DNA of 13,524 nucleotides from Calditrichia bacterium (lineage in GTDB: Bacteria > Calditrichota > Calditrichia > JAJRVZ01). Below the pieces are notes generated by a model. That model did no database searches. It was given only the letters and a program-made list of their open reading frames with translations, and had not been told where the DNA came from. Positions 8,034 through 13,524 of the stretch are shown one piece after another. The DNA lies in assembly GCA_963796965.1 (NCBI GenBank), contig CAWCNS010000018.1, positions 1 through 13,524 on the forward strand, written 5' to 3'. Numbering within the stretch: the first letter of the stretch is position 1; the number at the start of each line of letters is the position of its first letter. The translations under genes and the position numbers were made by a program.

Positions 8034-8138
8034 TTATTTACGCTCAAAGTAGCGTTTACGTTCCCAGGCGGTTACAACCTCATCAAACTTCCGGTGTTCG
8101 GTTTTAAAAAAATGCAAATAATGATCGCTGTTTTCTCC
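8034..8138 (-). pseudogene. C-terminal remnant of a glutamine-synthetase-family (gamma-glutamyl ligase-like) protein
   Basis: Minus-strand translation GENSDHYLHFFKTEHRKFDEVVTAWERKRYFERK* resembles the HY....E...F...VT.WE..RY tail of GlnA-like proteins; no upstream continuation. Confidence 0.72.
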
Positions 8139-8163
8139 GTTACATTTATTTGTGTCGGTTTTT

Positions 8164-8193
8164 TCTCTCGGGAGAGGGGATCAGGGGATGAGG
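8164..8193. repeat. GGGAGAGGG-type REP-like fragment
   Basis: TCTCTCGGGAGAGGGGATCAGGGGATGAGG; GC-rich island in AT-rich intergenic DNA. Confidence 0.45.
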
Positions 8194-8433
8194 CCGTACC
8201 TGAAACAGTTTTATTTTACTTCCGTTTGTTTCTAAGGCGATCGGTTGTTCCCTGTCTTATCCGGTAAGGTATACCCTGATTTGTGTACTGACTTTTGTTT
8301 ATTATTACTCGTATTTATATCTGCAAATAAGTGGGAATAAAAAAGAATTTGATTTATGCTGAATATACAAAATTAGGGATAAGAATACTAAGTTTGGGTT
8401 GGATATGGTTGGTATGTGGTGGTATTTAATAAA

Positions 8434-8492
8434 CCACGGATGACACGGAGTTTTGTGAGGAATAATCTTTGTGACTCTTAATTAAACCGTGG
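8434..8492. repeat. Degenerate CCACGG-type inverted pair
   Basis: CCACGGATGACACGGAG ... CTTTGTGACTC..CCGTGG; resembles 3454-3549. Confidence 0.4.
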
Positions 8493-8745
8493 AGAACATC
8501 TAGATTAACTTTAGCTTCTTTTGATTTGGTCAACTGAATATGTTGCCGAACAGATCAGATAGCTAAGATTTCTTTTCCGGTTCAACCGGATAAGACATGA
8601 CCTTCTCTAAGGCTGATTATCCTTATTCACTATATTTCGATTAATGCTCGCCGTTGTTGGACCGACTATATATAATAGGATGAATATGAGGACTTTTTAA
8701 TTTTTGGAAGAAATTTTAAAAAAGAATATGAATGGATGAATCCAA

Positions 8746-9870
8746 ATGCTTAAAGAATTATCCGGTGTAATGCCAACCCCTGTTTATGTATTGTTCAAAA
8801 GAATACAGGGAATATTCAGGCTGCCATGGATCTTTATGGACGCCATCCGGGATGAGGAATGTCAAAAACCAGTATCAGTTATTATTGCTGACCTTTTATA
8901 TATCTATTTCAGATTGAAGTATTTTCCCAAGGATTATCTGAAATGCAGGTTATGGGAGCGCAATCGGAGAGAACTAGTCTATTATTATGGTTCTCCCAGC
9001 GGTTTGTATGCGCGCCTCCGGCTCAGAAAGAGTGTACAAAACAGAGAGTATCAAATCATCTTTGATGATAAATATTTAACCTATCATTATTTAAAAGGAC
9101 TGAATATTCCTCAACCCGAGACATTTGGTTTATTAGAGGCCCAGGATCTGCAAAAATCCGACATCGATGCGTTGTTAACAAAACTCAAGCGCGATGAAAT
9201 TATTATCAAACCAACCGAAGGTCATCATGGACGGGGTGTTTATCTCATTCGAAGAAAAAAGAGCATCATCTATGTCACTAATTCCGGACCTGAATTTGAG
9301 ATGGGAAGTTTTAGTTTGAAGGAACTCTCGCTGATTCAGGAAAGGGTAAACCAGCATCCAAAAATTTCGCTGATTTATCCGCACTCAATAAATACAATAC
9401 GTCTTCATACCCTCTATACACAGGAGGGAGATGTCTTGATCTTTGGTACCGGTATGCGTTTTGGCAGGGGAGGCAATGTGGTGGATAACGTCGGTGCGGG
9501 CGGCATTGCTGTGGGGATAAACAACTATAGCGGCATAACCGTCTCAGTTGGTTTTGATGGCCCGGCAAGAAAACATTATAACCATCCGGATACAATGGTC
9601 AATTTCTGTAAATTTACGATCCCCCATTGGAAAGGGATCGTGGAGATCGCGACAAAGATACAGAAGGCGTCCTATTTTTATAAACTTCTCGGTCTGGATT
9701 TTGCGGTGTCGAAAACGGGACCCGTTATCATCGAGGTCAATGCCAATCCGGAGATGGGGTATCAGGAACTGTATACCGGACCCTTGCTTAAAAATGAGCG
9801 GATACGCCGTGAATTTGACAGATATGGTCTGCTCTATAACAAAGCTCAAAAAAAATTAGTACTCACCTAA
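8746..9870 (+). CDS. Sugar-transfer-associated ATP-grasp family protein, copy 2, 374 aa
   Basis: Same motifs as copy 1; aligns without apparent gaps, roughly 55-65% identity by eye. Confidence 0.9.
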   Translation: MLKELSGVMPTPVYVLFKRIQGIFRLPWIFMDAIRDEECQKPVSVIIADLLYIYFRLKYFPKDYLKCRLWERNRRELVYYYGSPSGLYARLRLRKSVQNREYQIIFDDKYLTYHYLKGLNIPQPETFGLLEAQDLQKSDIDALLTKLKRDEIIIKPTEGHHGRGVYLIRRKKSIIYVTNSGPEFEMGSFSLKELSLIQERVNQHPKISLIYPHSINTIRLHTLYTQEGDVLIFGTGMRFGRGGNVVDNVGAGGIAVGINNYSGITVSVGFDGPARKHYNHPDTMVNFCKFTIPHWKGIVEIATKIQKASYFYKLLGLDFAVSKTGPVIIEVNANPEMGYQELYTGPLLKNERIRREFDRYGLLYNKAQKKLVLT

Positions 9871-9871
9871 A

Positions 9872-10705
9872 TTATCTACCGGTTGATCTGTTTCCCACAA
9901 TTCTGTTCACTTCCTCGATTACAAGTGGAAAACCGGGGTAAATCATATTGTGGCCATAACCATCCAGTTCTAATAGACGGGTCTCCTCATGTCCGACAAC
10001 TTTCATCATCCGCATCAGGTAAGCATTCTCCTCATAACGGCCTAACATCTCCATTTCGCGATCCCCGGTAATCAGCAATAGGGGCGGGGCATCGGCACGG
10101 ATATGATAAAGCGGTGCCAGGTCATCTATGATCGGCTGGGTCTCAGGAATGCCGCGCTCTTTTCGTACGGTGAGATGAGTGATGGTATGTCCACTAAGGG
10201 GAATGAGTCCTGCAATTCTGTTGGCATCAATATCATGGACCTTAAGCCATCGTCTATCCAGACCGATCATACTGGCCAGATAACCACCGGCGGAATGTCC
10301 GGAGATAAAGATCAGGCTTGAATCACCACCAAAGCCGGCTATATTATTAAAAACCCAGGCCACAGCGGTAGCAGCATCCTCAATATAAACGGGTGCTTTC
10401 ACTTTGGGGTGGAGACGATGATTGGCCGCAACCACGCCAAAGCCCTTTTCTTTAAAATGGGAGGGAATTGCTTTCTTGCCTCCCTTTAATCCCCCGCCGT
10501 GAAACCAGATAATGGTAGCAAAACCATTTTTGTCCTCAGGATAGTACAAATCAAGAACACAACGCTCTTGTTTGTAACTATCCATCTGTATTTCGTTTTC
10601 ACTATAATAGGGCAGATCCAATTTTGTCACATAGGTTTCCTGGGCAAAAAGGCTGCCGATTATGAAACAAAAGGTCACAGTGGTTATCAATAATTTAAAT
10701 GGCAT
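9872..10705 (-). CDS. Secreted alpha/beta hydrolase (HSL-like carboxylesterase/lipase), 277 aa
   Basis: Signal peptide ending SLFA-Q; oxyanion HGGG; nucleophile GHSAG; C-terminal GYGH. Confidence 0.92.
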   Translation of the reverse strand: MPFKLLITTVTFCFIIGSLFAQETYVTKLDLPYYSENEIQMDSYKQERCVLDLYYPEDKNGFATIIWFHGGGLKGGKKAIPSHFKEKGFGVVAANHRLHPKVKAPVYIEDAATAVAWVFNNIAGFGGDSSLIFISGHSAGGYLASMIGLDRRWLKVHDIDANRIAGLIPLSGHTITHLTVRKERGIPETQPIIDDLAPLYHIRADAPPLLLITGDREMEMLGRYEENAYLMRMMKVVGHEETRLLELDGYGHNMIYPGFPLVIEEVNRIVGNRSTGR

Positions 10706-10784
10706 TGGGATCCCCTATAAGTTTGATATTTGGAGTAGAATTTATAAAATAATGATGACCTTTGTATCTATTTTTCGTGTTTTG

Positions 10785-10793
10785 TGATATAAT
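10785..10793 (+). promoter_or_regulatory. Extended -10-like element TGnTATAAT, possibly for uup
   Basis: TGATATAAT in the divergent intergenic region; AT-rich context weakens the call. Confidence 0.3.
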
Positions 10794-11029
10794 CTTTTCT
10801 CTCGCAGAGGCGCGGAGCCGCAGAGAAAAGCAAATATTATTTTTTTGTTTTGGATCTTGCTTATCCTAAATCATTTATTAAAGCCCAATACCTCCACCAG
10901 CCGAAAAATAAAAAAGTATATAATATCTTTTCTTTGTGATCTTCGTGTATACTTCGTGTCCTTTTGCCGAAGGCATCCCCTCGGGAGTGTTTATCTTTTT
11001 CTCACGCAGCGCCGCAAAGCCGCAAAGAA
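10792..11029 (+). repeat. Two degenerate direct copies of a CGCAGAG/CGCAAAG REP-like element
   Basis: ATCTTTTCTCTCGCAGAGGCGCGGAGCCGCAGAGAA (10792-10827) vs ATCTTTTTCTCACGCAGCGCCGCAAAGCCGCAAAGAA (10993-11029). Confidence 0.6.
10965..10986 (+). repeat. 22-bp hairpin module, copy A
   Basis: TGCCGAAGGCATCCCCTCGGGA; also at 13311-13332 (-) and 13417-13438 (+). Confidence 0.8.
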
Positions 11030-11147
11030 CGTTAAGGTTCATTATATTTATTTTAAGTATTTAATGAGAATTATGAATAAATTTGATCCCTGGTGCACAG
11101 GGTGTGGTAATAATGACCCATCATTAACAGATTAACTTTTAGGAAAA

Positions 11148-13037
11148 ATGTCTTTAATCGCCTTACAAAATATTAACATTCATTTCGGTGGACCTCTTAT
11201 CCTTGATTCTATCAGTGTGCAGATAGAAAAGTATCAACGCATCTGCCTGTTGGGCAGAAATGGTAGCGGCAAATCGACCCTGATGAAAATTTTGGCGGGG
11301 GAAATTCTTCCCGATGAGGGCCTGGTTCAAAAAGGACAGACCACGCGCATCTCCTATTTTAGTCAGGAAATTCCGGAGGATATGGATAGTACCGTGTTTC
11401 ATATCGTTGCCAAAGGTTTGGGGATCCAGGGTGAACTTCTGGAGCAATATCATTTGGAAGAATTACGTTTGGCGGAGAATCCTGATGGTGATCATAAAGC
11501 CTATAACAAACTTCATGACGAGATGGATGCCCACAATGCCTGGGGCGCTGTTGAGGAGATTAACCAGATCCTTTCGCGCATGGCATTGCCCGCCGATTGG
11601 CAATACAACACGCTATCTGGCGGTCAGAAACGTCGGGTGATGCTGGCTGCCGCCCTGGTATCAAAACCCGATCTGCTGTTGTTAGATGAGCCTACCAATC
11701 ATCTGGATATTGATTCTATTACCTGGATGGAAGAATTCCTGGTGCGCCAGAAGATGACCCTCCTTTTTGTGACCCATGACCGCATGCTTTTAAAGCGCTT
11801 AGCCACCCGCATTATCGAATTAGACAGGGGCAAATTGGCGGACTGGTCCTGCGACTATGAGACCTTTTTAAAAAGAAAACAGGCGGTTTTGGATGCAGAA
11901 GAAAAAGAGTGGAAAGAATTTGATAAAAAACTTACCCAGGAAGAAACATGGATCCGAAGAGGTATTAAGGCCCGCCGTACCAGAAACGAGGGGCGGGTAA
12001 GGGCCTTAAAAAAAATGCGTGAAGAACGCCAGGCACGCCGCCAGAAAGAAGGCACGGCGAAAATTCAGGTATCCGGAGCCGGTCTTTCCGGAAAATCTGT
12101 CATTGAGGCCTGCAATATTTCATACAGTTATGATGAAAAACCTTTAATAAAAGATTTTAATACGCGGATTATGAGAGGTGATAAAATTGGCATTATTGGC
12201 CCCAATGGCTGCGGCAAAACGACCCTGGCAAATATATTGCTTAAAAAGATTACGGGATTTTCAGGAACGGTTGCCCATGGCAGCAATTTAGCGATCACCT
12301 ATTTTGATCAGTTGCGCGGGCACTTGGATGAGAGTAAAACGGTTTGGGAGAATGTCCTCCCCAATGGTGACACGGTTTTTTTTGAAGATCGTACGATCCA
12401 TATCATCACCTATTTACAGAATTTTCTTTTTACACCAGAACTGGCTAAAGCATCGATTGTAAATCTATCCGGAGGTGAACGAAACAGGCTGCTTTTGGCC
12501 AAATTATTTACCCAACCCACTAATTTTTTAGTGCTGGATGAACCCACCAACGATCTTGATGCGGAAACATTAGAGTTGCTTGAAGAACTTTTAATAAATT
12601 TTAACGGTACGTTAATGCTTATATCTCATGATCGGGAATTTCTAAATAATGTAGTCACCAGCATCTATGCTTTTGAAGAAGATGGTTTGGTAAAGGAATA
12701 CGTTGGCGGCTATGATGACTGGCTACGGCAGTCCCAATCCACACCTGATGCTACAGAAACACTGCCAAAGCAAAGCAAAAAAGAAGCCTACCAGGAGGAG
12801 AAAAAAGCCAAGCGCAAATTTAAACTTTCCTTTAAAGATACCAAGGAACTGGAAGCGTTTCCGGCTATAATTGAAAAACTGGAGACGGAGATGTCCGCAC
12901 TTCATACGAAAATGTCTCAGCCCGATTTTTATAAAGACCATGAAGAAGTAAAAAAAAGCAAAGAGCAGCTTAAAAAATTGCAGGCTGATTTGGATCAGGC
13001 TTATACGCGGTGGGAAGAATTGGAGAGACTCGGTTAG
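11148..13037 (+). CDS. uup: ABC-F family ATPase Uup, 629 aa
   Basis: Two ABC domains (GRNGSGKST/LSGGQ/LDEPTNHLD; GPNGCGKTT/LSGGE/LDEPTNDLD), linker EETWIRRGIKARRTRNEGRVRALK, C-terminal coiled coil ending AYTRWEELE; no TM segments. Confidence 0.93.
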   Translation: MSLIALQNINIHFGGPLILDSISVQIEKYQRICLLGRNGSGKSTLMKILAGEILPDEGLVQKGQTTRISYFSQEIPEDMDSTVFHIVAKGLGIQGELLEQYHLEELRLAENPDGDHKAYNKLHDEMDAHNAWGAVEEINQILSRMALPADWQYNTLSGGQKRRVMLAAALVSKPDLLLLDEPTNHLDIDSITWMEEFLVRQKMTLLFVTHDRMLLKRLATRIIELDRGKLADWSCDYETFLKRKQAVLDAEEKEWKEFDKKLTQEETWIRRGIKARRTRNEGRVRALKKMREERQARRQKEGTAKIQVSGAGLSGKSVIEACNISYSYDEKPLIKDFNTRIMRGDKIGIIGPNGCGKTTLANILLKKITGFSGTVAHGSNLAITYFDQLRGHLDESKTVWENVLPNGDTVFFEDRTIHIITYLQNFLFTPELAKASIVNLSGGERNRLLLAKLFTQPTNFLVLDEPTNDLDAETLELLEELLINFNGTLMLISHDREFLNNVVTSIYAFEEDGLVKEYVGGYDDWLRQSQSTPDATETLPKQSKKEAYQEEKKAKRKFKLSFKDTKELEAFPAIIEKLETEMSALHTKMSQPDFYKDHEEVKKSKEQLKKLQADLDQAYTRWEELERLG

Positions 13038-13131
13038 AGATATGTGATTTAGATGTTTCATGGTCAACTCATTGTGGGATTTCCTAAGTTCTCTGTTGCT
13101 AATAATTATGAATAAGATCATATAATGACAT

Positions 13132-13193
13132 GTAACGGCGCGATTCAGAGGTTGTGTGAAAACAACCACACAACCTCTGAATCGCGCCGTTAC
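13132..13193. mobile_element. 62-bp palindrome: REP-like target containing a 30-bp IS1182 left-end hairpin (13148-13177)
   Basis: Perfect 27-bp stem (13132-13158/13167-13193) with AAAACAAC loop; 13148-13177 is identical to 270-299. Confidence 0.85.
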
Positions 13194-13310
13194 TTTATTG
13201 TCGTATACTCTCATATCTTTCGGTCAATTAACAAAGGAGTAAAATAATAAAAACCAGCTTCGATTAATGATGGGTTTTGGAGTTTAGAATTTTGAGATTG
13301 TTTAGGATTT

Positions 13311-13332
13311 TCCCGAAGGGATGCCTTTGGCA
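13311..13332 (-). repeat. 22-bp hairpin module, copy B
   Basis: Revcomp TGCCAAAGGCATCCCTTCGGGA, inside a heptamer-like (TTTAGAA/TTTAGGA) repeat tract ~13276-13353. Confidence 0.8.
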
Positions 13333-13416
13333 AGAAATTAGTGCTTCGAATTTGCCAAAGGTTAGAAAGGCGGGGAGGTAGGTGTAATCTCTCATAAATT
13401 ATGTAAACACATCCCC

Positions 13417-13438
13417 TGCCGAAGGCATCCCTTCGTGG
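13417..13438 (+). repeat. 22-bp hairpin module, copy C
   Basis: TGCCGAAGGCATCCCTTCGTGG, inside ACATCCCC...AACCCCCTTTCAAAAGGGGGAAT (13409-13463). Confidence 0.78.
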
Positions 13439-13524
13439 CTAACCCCCTTTCAAAAGGGGGAATTAAATTTTGCTGATATGGACAGACAGGGGGGAATGGA
13501 TTGTGTATTGTTAATCGTTATGTT

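Noticed and set aside
8205..8270. glnA (glutamine) riboswitch upstream of the GlnA-like remnant (minus-strand ACGGAAGTA)
   Set aside because: Only a short match; the expected 5' CGTT strand and three-way junction are not evident. An Infernal/Rfam search would settle it.
10845..11135. 96-aa ORF upstream of uup
   Set aside because: TTG start, and it is composed largely of translated repeats.
12723..13214. 163-aa minus-strand ORF and other short ORFs nested in the main genes
   Set aside because: Antisense or alternate-frame shadows of well-supported CDSs.
10792..13463. CRISPR array or integron attC interpretation of the repeats
   Set aside because: No regular repeat-spacer periodicity, no cas or integrase gene, and no cassette-like arrangement.

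Overview
Bacterial chromosomal window. The host is inferred to be Calditrichota/KSB1/FCB-like from a QNYPNPFNP-type secretion-tail remnant. Gene content, left to right: an intact IS1182-family element (270-1991); a frameshifted spondin-domain lipoprotein gene; an OmpR-family response regulator/histidine kinase pair, with the same 11-bp-period ATCACG tandem box upstream of the regulator and the spondin gene; two collinear 374-aa sugar-transfer-type ATP-grasp paralogues interleaved with gene remnants (signal peptide, T9SS-like tail, glutamine-synthetase-family tail); an alpha/beta hydrolase; and uup. The most striking signal is non-coding. The IS sits in the centre of a GTAG/GTAA REP-like palindrome and carries a hairpin at each end. 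About 12.9 kb away, a second copy of that palindrome holds only the 30-bp left-end hairpin of the IS, giving a perfect 27-bp stem. Separately, a ~22-bp hairpin module interrupts three (possibly four) unrelated intergenic repeat families. Together these suggest hairpin-sized mobile elements or IS scars that target REP-like repeats. All family assignments come from motifs read by eye; no database searches were run.
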